This document shows, piece after piece, positions 38,051 through 47,201 of a DNA stretch of 64,000 bases. Below the pieces are notes generated by a model. It did not search any database, was not told the origin of the DNA, and saw nothing but the letters and a program-made list of their open reading frames with translations. The position numbers were made by a program, and so were the translations under genes. The DNA lies in contig SVRF01000004.1 in assembly GCA_015064945.1 (NCBI GenBank), positions 1,383 through 65,382 on the forward strand, written 5' to 3'. This DNA comes from Oscillospiraceae bacterium. GTDB taxonomy: Bacteria > Bacillota > Clostridia > Oscillospirales > CAG-382. Every line of letters starts with the position of its first letter. Position 1 is the first letter of the stretch.

Positions 38051-39832
38051 TTAGTATATGATGTTTTTTCCGGAGCAATGCTTCCTTATCATCAGCAGGT
38101 CGGCGGTATTTACGGCACTGTCGCCTGTAAGATCTGCCGCCGCCTTTTCCAATGCGGAAGGAGATGAAGCGGTAAGAAGCTTACGTACAGCTACCATATC
38201 CGTGGTGTTTACGGCACCGTCGCCCGAGAGGTCGCCGGGGATAACGACCCTAACGCTGTTGAGAACATCGCCTGCCCCATCATACTGAACAACGGTGCAG
38301 CCCGTGCCGATATAGCCCATATCTGCAAGAGCATTACCTCCAACGGCAAGCACGCTTACATCGCATTTAAACTGCGCCTTAAGGTCTGCAGCGGAAACAC
38401 CCATTGCCTTTACCGTTACAAAGCTATCGTCAAGGCTGTACTTTGAGCCGTCAACCAGCTCGAAGGGAGCATCAAACTCAGAAGCCAAGGTAACAACGGT
38501 ATATGTGCCCACATCGTAGCTTGTACCGTTTTCCGTATAAGTATAGCTGATTTTATAACCGTCCTTAAGCACCGCACTGCCTGCAACTGCGTTGCCTGCG
38601 GCATCTTTAACGGTAACGGTACAGTCGGGCATACCGTCTATGGCGTGCTGCGCGGTAGTACCGTAGATAACACGGATATCATCACCGCAAAGCTTTTTCA
38701 TATTCTTGATAAGTGCAGGTCTCTGAACTTCCCAGTTAGCATTATAACCCGCATCGTCGGGGTGACAGCTGTCTATAAGACAATCGGGAGAGAGACCCTC
38801 TGCCTTCCACATGGTATAAAGGTCAATAACAAGATTATTTTCCTCTGCCGCAACCTGACGCATACAGTCAATAAAGCTGTCAAGATATGCAACCTCGCCG
38901 CCGAAGGAGCTGTAGTCGCCTTTATCAAACACGCCGCCCACGGTGGTGGACATATCAATAACATTAGCGGTCATAAACAGTGTGGTTGCACCAAGAGCGT
39001 TATTTTTGGTGCGGATACCTCTGAGCGCAGTCTTGTATTTTTCCAGTAAGGAGGTTGTGGGTGCCGCAGAATAAGCGTCGTTAATACCGAAAGAAACTAT
39101 CACTATCTCGGGGTTATGAGAAGCTACATAGGTATCATAACGGGCAGAAAGAGATGCCCAGGAGGTATCGCCCCCGAAGCCTGCATTGATAACGGTGGTG
39201 TGGAAATAGTCGCCCCAAACAGAGGTCCAACCGCCGCCTGCCGTAATACTGTCCCCCTCGGCAACTATTTTTCTGTTACTGTAAGGAGTAACCTTTGGAA
39301 GGGTAGGTCTTACTGTTTCCACGGTAACGTAGGAGTTGGAAGAGTAGTCACTGCCGCCCCATGTACCTGTTATGCTTAAAGTTTTGTTAGCAACATCTAT
39401 GTTGTGAAGGTAAAGCCTGTCCCCTACCCTTACATGTTGCCACACGGACCAGTTAGCCCTTGAAATAGAAGAACCTGCGGAAGTGAGAGGTGCATAACTG
39501 AACAGTATGCCGATATAGCCCTGCTCTACCACCTTAGTATAAGAACGGTGATTTGCAACCTTGGTTACCACCTCGTAGTATCCGCCCTCTGCATTATACT
39601 TTGCATAAGCCTTTTCGTAATAAAGACCGCTTATACTGTTACCGGGGGTAACTATGGAAAAATGGTTTGCGGTGACACTGTCCCAAACACCGTTGAACTT
39701 GGTAACAGTAAGCTTACCTATGTTTTCTACAACTTTGTCACCTTCTATTCGCTTATTTTCCTCCGCACCCGCAACAACGCACATGCCAAGCAGCATTATT
39801 GCGGAAAGAACAAAAGCAATAATTCTTTTCAT
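38051..39832 (-). CDS. secreted SGNH/GDSL hydrolase + X-module/dockerin
   Basis: Blocks GDSIT, NAGFGG, FGIND, DSCHP; GYIGTG then dockerin GDLSGDGAVNTTD / DLTGDSAVNTAD; unknown N-terminal domain. Confidence 0.85.
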   Translation of the reverse strand: MKRIIAFVLSAIMLLGMCVVAGAEENKRIEGDKVVENIGKLTVTKFNGVWDSVTANHFSIVTPGNSISGLYYEKAYAKYNAEGGYYEVVTKVANHRSYTKVVEQGYIGILFSYAPLTSAGSSISRANWSVWQHVRVGDRLYLHNIDVANKTLSITGTWGGSDYSSNSYVTVETVRPTLPKVTPYSNRKIVAEGDSITAGGGWTSVWGDYFHTTVINAGFGGDTSWASLSARYDTYVASHNPEIVIVSFGINDAYSAAPTTSLLEKYKTALRGIRTKNNALGATTLFMTANVIDMSTTVGGVFDKGDYSSFGGEVAYLDSFIDCMRQVAAEENNLVIDLYTMWKAEGLSPDCLIDSCHPDDAGYNANWEVQRPALIKNMKKLCGDDIRVIYGTTAQHAIDGMPDCTVTVKDAAGNAVAGSAVLKDGYKISYTYTENGTSYDVGTYTVVTLASEFDAPFELVDGSKYSLDDSFVTVKAMGVSAADLKAQFKCDVSVLAVGGNALADMGYIGTGCTVVQYDGAGDVLNSVRVVIPGDLSGDGAVNTTDMVAVRKLLTASSPSALEKAAADLTGDSAVNTADLLMIRKHCSGKNIIY

Positions 39833-39954
39833 ATAAAATTCCTCCCTCGTTTCTACCGTAGTATCAACTTTAGTTTATAGCATCAAAACCTGTTTTGTCA
39901 AGCAAAACTTTAAATGCAACAAAAAATTATTTGTTATTTTAGCACAATGTTATA

Positions 39955-39983
39955 TTGACTTTTTTTTGCTTTTTTGGTATAAT
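39955..39983 (+). promoter_or_regulatory. sigA promoter
   Basis: TTGACT-17 nt-TATAAT with TG extension. Confidence 0.75.
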
Positions 39984-40036
39984 GTATCATCTTTAATTGA
40001 ATGCAGACAAAACAGTCTGCGGAAAGGCGGTTTAGT

Positions 40037-42529
40037 ATGAAAAAACTGTTGTCACTGGTTTTGGTACTTGCCCTTTGCATTCCCGTTATTGCAATAAACG
40101 GCATTACCGAAACAACGGTTGCGGCTGCTTCCAGCCACGTTTACATGATCGTAACCAACCCCGGGCAAGACATGAACACGCAGATGAACATAAGCTTTCA
40201 CTCTGACTACACCTACACAGGCTGTTACGTAGAGTATACCAAGGCTACCGACACCTCCTTTGCCAACGCAACAAAGGTTACGGGTAGCTATGACAGCGAT
40301 GACTATATGTGGTTCTACAACAGATACACCACATCCTCTACCTCATCTGCAAAGTTCACAACCAAATTTTTAAACTACAATGTTGACCTCAGCGGTCTTA
40401 CTCCCAACACCAAGTACATTTACAGAATTTGTGACGGTGCCGGTGCTTACTCCGAGACTTATGCCTTCAAAACCGCAGGTCAGAGCGAGTTCTCTATGAT
40501 TTGGCTCTCCGACATTCACATAAGCCACACGGAAACTACGAAGCAAACAAAATATCAGAACGCTATAAACTGGGCTGAAAACAACACTAAATACGAAATC
40601 GGCTTAAATATCAACACCGGTGACGTTGTTGCCAGCGGTGACAGATATAAGTTCTGGCAGCAGTTCTACTCTCCCACCGTTTACAAGAAATACCCTTACG
40701 CTTCCACAGTCGGCAACCACGACCTTTATGACAGTATGATGGATGACGACCCCGAATATACTCAGTACTGGAAGGGCGGCGAATACTTCCGTATTACTGC
40801 AAATTATCCCGATAACGGTTATGTTCAGACATCCTCCAGAATAAGCGGTTATCTTGTAGATGACGGTTATTCTGCCCACGCAAGCAAGTCTTCCTCTACC
40901 CTTTTCGACCCCGGCTCCGGTAAATATGCAGGTAAATACATAACCGGTGCAAAGGAAGACCTTAACGGCAGAACATACTGGTTCCTTTACAACAGAATAC
41001 TTTATATAAGCTTTGACTATTATGCAATGACCGCAACATCTGAAAAGCAAACCGCTTTTGACTGGGCATACGATGTTATCGATGCTAACAAGGGCAAGTA
41101 TGATTATCTCATAGTATCCGAACACCTTAACCTTATTTGGGGCGACGGTGGTAACAGCAGATATTATACTGATTACCAGAATTTCCTTGATACCGCAAAT
41201 GTAGATATATTCCTTTGCGGCGATAACCATATTTATTACCGTTCCGACAAGCTTTACGGCGGTGCAAAGACAAGTGACCCCGAAAAAGGCACGGTAATCA
41301 TTCAGGCACCCGCTATTACCAATGTTTCTACCTATCCTACCTACACAGGCGCTAAGGAACCCTACGGTGTTTCCAGATATTCTTCTGCTGACTATGTCGG
41401 TGCGTTTGCAATAGATGTTGACAGCAGCGGCATGCACTTTAAGCTTGGTATAGGCTCCGGCACGGGCGCTAATATGGCTACCCACGAAACCTTTACCATT
41501 CCCAAGAAGACCCGTTATACCGATGCTGCTACCGGCATCTACACCGCTACAAGCGCGCTTACAGTTAAGGAAACCTCCGATGCTTCCGCAAAGACACTTA
41601 CCTCCATCCCCGCAGGCACAGTATTTGAAGTTAACGAAGGTAACGGTCAGTGGGGCAGAGTTCGCTACAACGGATTTACCGGTTGGGTAAACCTTGGCAC
41701 TATGTCCCCCACCCACTACACAACAGACGTAAATACACCCGAACAGTTTGAAATCTCCAACGTAAACGTTGGTTACGCTTCCTCTCATATGTTGGATGCA
41801 TATACCCCTGCTTACGGCAGTACCATTGCAAACGGCGGCTGGCTGTTCAGCGGCAACGTAACCGTTACGGGCGTAAGAGACAGCAACGGCGCATACAAGG
41901 TTACTGCACAGGATACAAGCGGTAACGCAAAGAACACCACCGCTATTCCCGCTGACGGTTGTGTATTTCTTATTAACAAGAGCTACGCAAATTATGCAGC
42001 GTTTATGGACGCGCTTGCAGTTGGTAAATACTTTACCTTAGACTCTAACAGAATAACCGTTTACACTGCTAATCCCGGCGAAGCCAATGTAACACCTTCT
42101 ATCCCCGGTACGGAGCCTGAGCCTGAGCCCGAGCTTGAGCTTACCGAAACCGCAGTAAGCAACGGCTACTCTATGGACGAAACCTATCTTTACGGCAGTG
42201 CTGTCGGTCTTAACATTGCTTCTATTAAGGCTTTATTTACCGTAGATGTTACCGTTAAGAATTTGACTGGCAGCGAAGTAAGCTCCGGCTTTGTAGGTAC
42301 AGGTTATACAGTAGTTTATATGGACACCGTTATAGAGGTAGTTGTTGACTTTGACTTGGATGGCAGTGCAACCTGTAACACCACCGACCTGCTTATGCTT
42401 AGAAAATACATTTCCAAGCGTTCCGGCGTTACGGATGCAGGTATTAAGGCGGCTGACGGTAATGGTGATACCACCATTAACACGACAGACTTTGTAATTT
42501 TGCGCAAGTTTATTACTTCCCAACCCTAA
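40037..42529 (+). CDS. secreted purple-acid-phosphatase-like metallophosphoesterase (FN3-like + MPP) + SH3b + X-module/dockerin
   Basis: LSGLTPNTKYIYRI FN3-like; SDIH, TGDVV, VGNHD, CGDNH; SH3b WGRVRYNGFTGWV; dockerin DLDGSATCNTTD; ATG 40037 after GGAAAGG. Confidence 0.85.
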   Translation: MKKLLSLVLVLALCIPVIAINGITETTVAAASSHVYMIVTNPGQDMNTQMNISFHSDYTYTGCYVEYTKATDTSFANATKVTGSYDSDDYMWFYNRYTTSSTSSAKFTTKFLNYNVDLSGLTPNTKYIYRICDGAGAYSETYAFKTAGQSEFSMIWLSDIHISHTETTKQTKYQNAINWAENNTKYEIGLNINTGDVVASGDRYKFWQQFYSPTVYKKYPYASTVGNHDLYDSMMDDDPEYTQYWKGGEYFRITANYPDNGYVQTSSRISGYLVDDGYSAHASKSSSTLFDPGSGKYAGKYITGAKEDLNGRTYWFLYNRILYISFDYYAMTATSEKQTAFDWAYDVIDANKGKYDYLIVSEHLNLIWGDGGNSRYYTDYQNFLDTANVDIFLCGDNHIYYRSDKLYGGAKTSDPEKGTVIIQAPAITNVSTYPTYTGAKEPYGVSRYSSADYVGAFAIDVDSSGMHFKLGIGSGTGANMATHETFTIPKKTRYTDAATGIYTATSALTVKETSDASAKTLTSIPAGTVFEVNEGNGQWGRVRYNGFTGWVNLGTMSPTHYTTDVNTPEQFEISNVNVGYASSHMLDAYTPAYGSTIANGGWLFSGNVTVTGVRDSNGAYKVTAQDTSGNAKNTTAIPADGCVFLINKSYANYAAFMDALAVGKYFTLDSNRITVYTANPGEANVTPSIPGTEPEPEPELELTETAVSNGYSMDETYLYGSAVGLNIASIKALFTVDVTVKNLTGSEVSSGFVGTGYTVVYMDTVIEVVVDFDLDGSATCNTTDLLMLRKYISKRSGVTDAGIKAADGNGDTTINTTDFVILRKFITSQP

Positions 42530-42538
42530 AATATGACG

Positions 42539-42571
42539 ACCGCCGAGGGGAATTCCCTCGGCGGTATTTTT
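42539..42571 (+). terminator. intrinsic terminator
   Basis: ACCGCCGAGGG-gaatt-CCCTCGGCGGT + ATTTTT. Confidence 0.8.
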
Positions 42572-42625
42572 GTGTTTATAATAAAAAAGTTTCGCCTTAT
42601 AGATTTAATATTTCCTTAATTATTA

Positions 42626-42654
42626 TTGACAGCGCCTTTGTAATTTGGTATAAT
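42626..42654 (+). promoter_or_regulatory. perfect-consensus sigA promoter
   Basis: TTGACA-17 nt-TATAAT with TG extension. Confidence 0.82.
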
Positions 42655-42705
42655 TCACGTATTAAATAATAAAGCAGATTTTACATCTGCGGAAAGGTCA
42701 GTTTT

Positions 42706-45219
42706 ATGAAAAAGCTGTTAGCTATTCTCCTAACATTGGCAATGTGTATACCTTGCTTTGGGGCTACAAGCCTTCCTGCTTCGGCAATAGTCTCTCCCCA
42801 CGTATACATGATTGTCACCAACCCCGGCGAAGATATGAACACTCAGATGAACGTTGGTTGGCACTCCGATTTCACCTACACCAACTGCTTTGTTGAGTAC
42901 ACCACTGCTGACGATACTTCTTTTGCAAACGCAACTAAGGTAAACGGCAGCTATGATGATGACGACTATTTGTGGTTTATGGACCGTTCCACCACCAACG
43001 CTATAGGTCCAGAGTTCCACACCACACCCTTCCTCAACTACGGTGCAGAACTTGACGGTCTTACCCCCGATACCGATTACATTTACAGAATTTGTGACGG
43101 CGAAGGCGCTTATTCCGAAACCTATGCGTTCAAGACCGCAGGTCAGGATGAGTTCTCCATTTTGTGGCTCTCCGATATGCACCTTGACAGAAACTCTGCA
43201 AAAGAAGCTAAGTACCAGTCAAGTATCGATTACGTTAGCGCTCTTGCAAAGTACGACATCGGTCTTTACTTCAACACCGGTGACGTTGTTGCCAGCGGCG
43301 ACAGATACAACTACTGGCAGTATCTTTATGATTTTGACATTATGAAGAACGTTACTTACGCCGCTACCGTAGGTAACCACGACTTGTTTGACAGCATGAT
43401 GGACGATGACCCCAACTACACCTCTTTCTGGGCTTCTTCCGAATATTTCCGCATCGCTGCTAACTATCCCGACAACGGCTATACCCAGACCTCTGCAAGA
43501 ATAAGCAATTATCTCAACAATCACCTTTATTCCGACTTTATAAGCCAGCCTGCAAACAAGCTTGTGCTTATGGACGAAGGTACCCTTACCGGCAAAAAGA
43601 TCTCCGGCGCTTATGAAGATACCAACGGCAGAGCTTATTGGTTTATTTATAACAGAATTTTGTTTATCGTATTTGACTACTATGCAATGACCTACAATGC
43701 AGAAATAGGCAACGCATTCAACTGGGCTTACGATATTATCGATGCTAACAAGGGCAACTACGACTATCTCTTCTGCACAGAACACCTTAACATCTGGTGG
43801 GGCGACAGCGGTACAAGCAGATACTATGACCGTTATCAGGCATTCCTTGACAACGCAAACGTAGACGTATTCTTTGCAGGCGATAACCACATTTATTTCC
43901 GCTCTCACTCCCTCGTTGGTGGTGAGGTCAACACCGACCCCGAAAAGGGCACCTATTTCCTGCAAGCACCCGCAATAACCAACACCTCCACCTATGGTCA
44001 CGCTTCCGGTCCCAGCGGTGTTGGCGCTAACTGCTATGCTGACGCAGACTATCTCGGCGGCGTTATGATAGACGTTGACAGTGACGGCTTGCACTTTACC
44101 GTTGCTACCGCTACAGGCGACGGCTCTAACTACTCTGTATATGAAAAGTTTGACCTTCCCAAGAAGGTACGCTATGCAGATGCTACTCAGGGCATCTACA
44201 AGCTCAGCACCGATATGCCCCTTTACGAAACCACCGACGTTACTTCCACCGTGCTTGAAACCATCCCTGCAGGTTCCGAAGTAGAGGTTTACGAAGCTAA
44301 CGGTATTTGGGGTAAGATCCGTTACAACAACAGAAGCGGTTGGACCAGACTTGCTAACGTAGAGCTTTTGGACGAAGTTGACAATCCTTCCTCCTATCCC
44401 AGCTATGCTCTTACCGGCGGTTACAACGCTAAGTACACCGCAGAAGGTTTGTACGCTTACACCCCCGCTTATGGTGCGACCATAGCTAACGGCGGTTGGT
44501 CCTTTGCATACAACACCGTTTGGATAGCTACCGAACAGGAAGACGGTACTTACATCATCACCGAAATCAATGCTGAAAGCGGCGTTCCCAAGAAGGATAC
44601 TCCCACCTCCGACACTACCGTTGTACTTATGGGTGGCAGCGGCACCTCAGCAGAGCTTGCAGATACCCTTATTCTTGGCTATCAGTTCACTCTCGACTGG
44701 GCACAGGGCGAGATCCACAGCGTAGGCGAGTTTGAACAGGAAGACGACGGTGAAGATTCTTCCTCCGAGGAAGAAACCTCCGATGAACCCTCCTCTTCCG
44801 AAGAAACCTCTGACGACATTTCTTCCGATGAAGAAACCTCCGACGACATTTCTTCCGATGAAGAAACCTCCGACGCTGCTTCCTCCGACGAAGAAACTTC
44901 CGACATCGCTTCTTCCGAAGAAACCTCTGACGACGCTTCCTCCGATGACGCTTCCTCTGAGGACAGCTCTGAAGATGACTCTTCCGAAGACGTAGCTGAC
45001 GTAGCTTACGGCGACGTAAACGGCGACGGTCAAATTAACAGCCTTGACGCTGCACAGACTCTTAAGCACGACGCCAAACTCATCACCCTTGATGACGCTG
45101 CACTTACCGCTGCCGACGTAAACGGTGACGGCGAGGTTAACAGCCTTGACGCCGCACAGGTTCTTAAATTTGATGCTAAGCTTATCAACATTTTTCCTGT
45201 TGAAGAAGCCGCTGAATAA
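42706..45219 (+). CDS. paralogous secreted metallophosphoesterase + SH3b + acidic linker + dockerin
   Basis: Closely similar to 40037 over ~650 aa; C-terminal SSDEETSDD repeats and dockerin GDVNGDGQINSLDA / ADVNGDGEVNSLDA. Confidence 0.85.
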   Translation: MKKLLAILLTLAMCIPCFGATSLPASAIVSPHVYMIVTNPGEDMNTQMNVGWHSDFTYTNCFVEYTTADDTSFANATKVNGSYDDDDYLWFMDRSTTNAIGPEFHTTPFLNYGAELDGLTPDTDYIYRICDGEGAYSETYAFKTAGQDEFSILWLSDMHLDRNSAKEAKYQSSIDYVSALAKYDIGLYFNTGDVVASGDRYNYWQYLYDFDIMKNVTYAATVGNHDLFDSMMDDDPNYTSFWASSEYFRIAANYPDNGYTQTSARISNYLNNHLYSDFISQPANKLVLMDEGTLTGKKISGAYEDTNGRAYWFIYNRILFIVFDYYAMTYNAEIGNAFNWAYDIIDANKGNYDYLFCTEHLNIWWGDSGTSRYYDRYQAFLDNANVDVFFAGDNHIYFRSHSLVGGEVNTDPEKGTYFLQAPAITNTSTYGHASGPSGVGANCYADADYLGGVMIDVDSDGLHFTVATATGDGSNYSVYEKFDLPKKVRYADATQGIYKLSTDMPLYETTDVTSTVLETIPAGSEVEVYEANGIWGKIRYNNRSGWTRLANVELLDEVDNPSSYPSYALTGGYNAKYTAEGLYAYTPAYGATIANGGWSFAYNTVWIATEQEDGTYIITEINAESGVPKKDTPTSDTTVVLMGGSGTSAELADTLILGYQFTLDWAQGEIHSVGEFEQEDDGEDSSSEEETSDEPSSSEETSDDISSDEETSDDISSDEETSDAASSDEETSDIASSEETSDDASSDDASSEDSSEDDSSEDVADVAYGDVNGDGQINSLDAAQTLKHDAKLITLDDAALTAADVNGDGEVNSLDAAQVLKFDAKLINIFPVEEAAE
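44758..44990 (+). repeat. imperfect ~30-bp tandem repeats encoding an SSDEETSDDI linker
   Basis: TCTTCCGATGAAGAAACCTCCGACGACATT-like units. Confidence 0.85.
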
Positions 45220-45236
45220 TTAAAATCAAATGCAAA

Positions 45237-45260
45237 ACGGGGTAGGTCTTCCTACCCCGT
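45237..45260. terminator. terminator hairpin between convergent genes
   Basis: ACGGGGTAGG-tctt-CCTACCCCGT. Confidence 0.75.
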
Positions 45261-45295
45261 AATTTTATTTATAAGCCAACAAAAAAAGCGAAGGG

Positions 45296-46375
45296 TCACT
45301 TCCCTTCGCTTTTTCTGTTTGATTTTTGTTTTTTACTTTTCTTCTCTACAGGTAAATTAACCGTAAAGATACTGCCTTTGCCAAGCTCGCTTTTTACACT
45401 TATATCGCCGCCGCACAGCTCTGCTATACGCTTGCAGAGAGAAAGCCCCAAGCCGTAGCCCTCGGATTGATGAGATATATCCACCTGATAAAATCGGTCA
45501 AAAATTTTATCTATTTTATCGGCAGGTATCCCCTGCCCTTGGTCGGACACACTTACGGTAACGCAGTCTTCGCCGTTACTGCAACGAAGAGAGACCGTGC
45601 CGCCGGGAGGGCTGAATTTTATTGCGTTTGATATGAGATTTATCCACAAGTGAGACAGCATATCCTCGTCAGAGCTGTAATACACCTCCTCAAGTTCTAT
45701 GTCCGGCTCTATATTTTTTGCGCTCCATTGCTTTTCAAGCAACAGCATACAACGGCGAAGCTGTTCGTCCAAAGAAAAACGTTCTTCCTTGACAGGTGCA
45801 CTTGTATGCTCCAAATCCGTAAGCAAAAGTATATTGGCCGCCATATCCGCAAGACGCTCTGACTCATCCACAATTATTTGCAAATACTCACGTTTTTGTG
45901 CTTCGTTCAGGTTTTTGTCCACAAGCAACTCGTTTGCAAAGCCTTTAATGGAGTTTATGGGAGTCTTGAACTCGTGAGAAAAATTGCTTATAAAGTCCGT
46001 CCTTAAAAGCTGAATATTGCCAAGCTCCTCCACCATTCCGTTAAAGCCGGACACCAGTGACTGAAGTTCGTTAGAGGTATCACGCTCCTCAACCCTTACG
46101 CTGAAATCGCCGTTTTTTACCTTTTGCGTAGCCTTTGCCAGGCTTTTGATAGGCAAAACAAAAAAACGGGTCACCGGAATGGAAAACAAAGTGCTTATTA
46201 TAACGGCAGAACTGAATATTATAATTATAAAGGGATAGTGACCGCCAAGACTTGCGTTGTTCTCCTTAAGCCAAAGGTAAAGCCACAGCCCCACAAGAGC
46301 AAATGCACCCGCAAAAAGCAAAGTTATAAGCACCGCCGTAAGGATAAGCGCACGAATTGACAGACGGCGCCTCAT
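45296..46375 (-). CDS. HAMP-domain sensor histidine kinase
   Basis: Two TM helices with a short loop; SHEFKTP, NLISNAIKF, DQGQGI, GYGLGL. Confidence 0.93.
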   Translation of the reverse strand: MRRRLSIRALILTAVLITLLFAGAFALVGLWLYLWLKENNASLGGHYPFIIIIFSSAVIISTLFSIPVTRFFVLPIKSLAKATQKVKNGDFSVRVEERDTSNELQSLVSGFNGMVEELGNIQLLRTDFISNFSHEFKTPINSIKGFANELLVDKNLNEAQKREYLQIIVDESERLADMAANILLLTDLEHTSAPVKEERFSLDEQLRRCMLLLEKQWSAKNIEPDIELEEVYYSSDEDMLSHLWINLISNAIKFSPPGGTVSLRCSNGEDCVTVSVSDQGQGIPADKIDKIFDRFYQVDISHQSEGYGLGLSLCKRIAELCGGDISVKSELGKGSIFTVNLPVEKKSKKQKSNRKSEGK

Positions 46376-47055
46376 TTATCGTCACCTCCGCATACAGCCT
46401 TATAGCCCAAGCCCCTCACCGTCTCTATGGAAAAATCCGTGTTGTTGCGGAAACGGTCCCTCAAACGGTTTATGTGCACGTCCACGGTTCGCTCGTCGGT
46501 GTCGCTTTCCATATCCCACAGCTCGTCCATAAGCTGGCGGCGTGTATGTATTTTACCCGGGGAAGACAAAAGCTTGTAGATAAGCAAAAACTCTTTCTGG
46601 GGCAGGGTTTCCGTCTTTCCGTCGAAGGTAACAGAAAGTGCTTCAAAATCGAAAACTGTATCTCCTACCGAAAGTCGTTTTTCATTTACTATCTTTGCTC
46701 TGCGAAGTAATGCCGCTATACGCAACAACAGCTCTTCCTCGTCCACAGGCTTGACCACATAGTCGTCCGTGCCGGAGATAAAGCCCTTGCGCTTATCCAC
46801 AGCCGTATCCTTTGCGGTAACCATTATTATAGGCGTGTTCATACCGCCAGCCCTAAGGGTGGCGGCAAATTCGAAGCCATCCATTTTAGGCATCATCACA
46901 TCCAAAACAATAAGGTCAGTATGCTTTCGGTCAAGAAGCTCCAATGCCTCCTCACCATCATGAGCAATAAGTACATTATAACCTGCCCTAAGCAGCAATG
47001 CCTTTAAAAGCTTGCAGGTGTTAACATTGTCATCAACTACCATAATATCAAACAT
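46372..47055 (-). CDS. OmpR-family response regulator
   Basis: VVDD, LDVMMPKMDG, DDYVVKP, RTVDVHINRLR, TVRGLGY. Confidence 0.94.
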   Translation of the reverse strand: MFDIMVVDDNVNTCKLLKALLLRAGYNVLIAHDGEEALELLDRKHTDLIVLDVMMPKMDGFEFAATLRAGGMNTPIIMVTAKDTAVDKRKGFISGTDDYVVKPVDEEELLLRIAALLRRAKIVNEKRLSVGDTVFDFEALSVTFDGKTETLPQKEFLLIYKLLSSPGKIHTRRQLMDELWDMESDTDERTVDVHINRLRDRFRNNTDFSIETVRGLGYKAVCGGDDK

Positions 47056-47139
47056 AAATATACCTCCTTGTATAGTAGATTATAGCACATAATACAGCAA
47101 AAAGGAACAATTATGTAAAATTTTTGCACAGCTTTTAGG

Positions 47140-47168
47140 TTGACAAAGCAGGGAGGCTGTTGTATAAT
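47140..47168 (+). promoter_or_regulatory. perfect-consensus sigA promoter for psd-metK
   Basis: TTGACA-17 nt-TATAAT. Confidence 0.82.
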
Positions 47169-47201
47169 GTTAGGGAATATGATAAAAGGATAAGATTTGC
47201 C

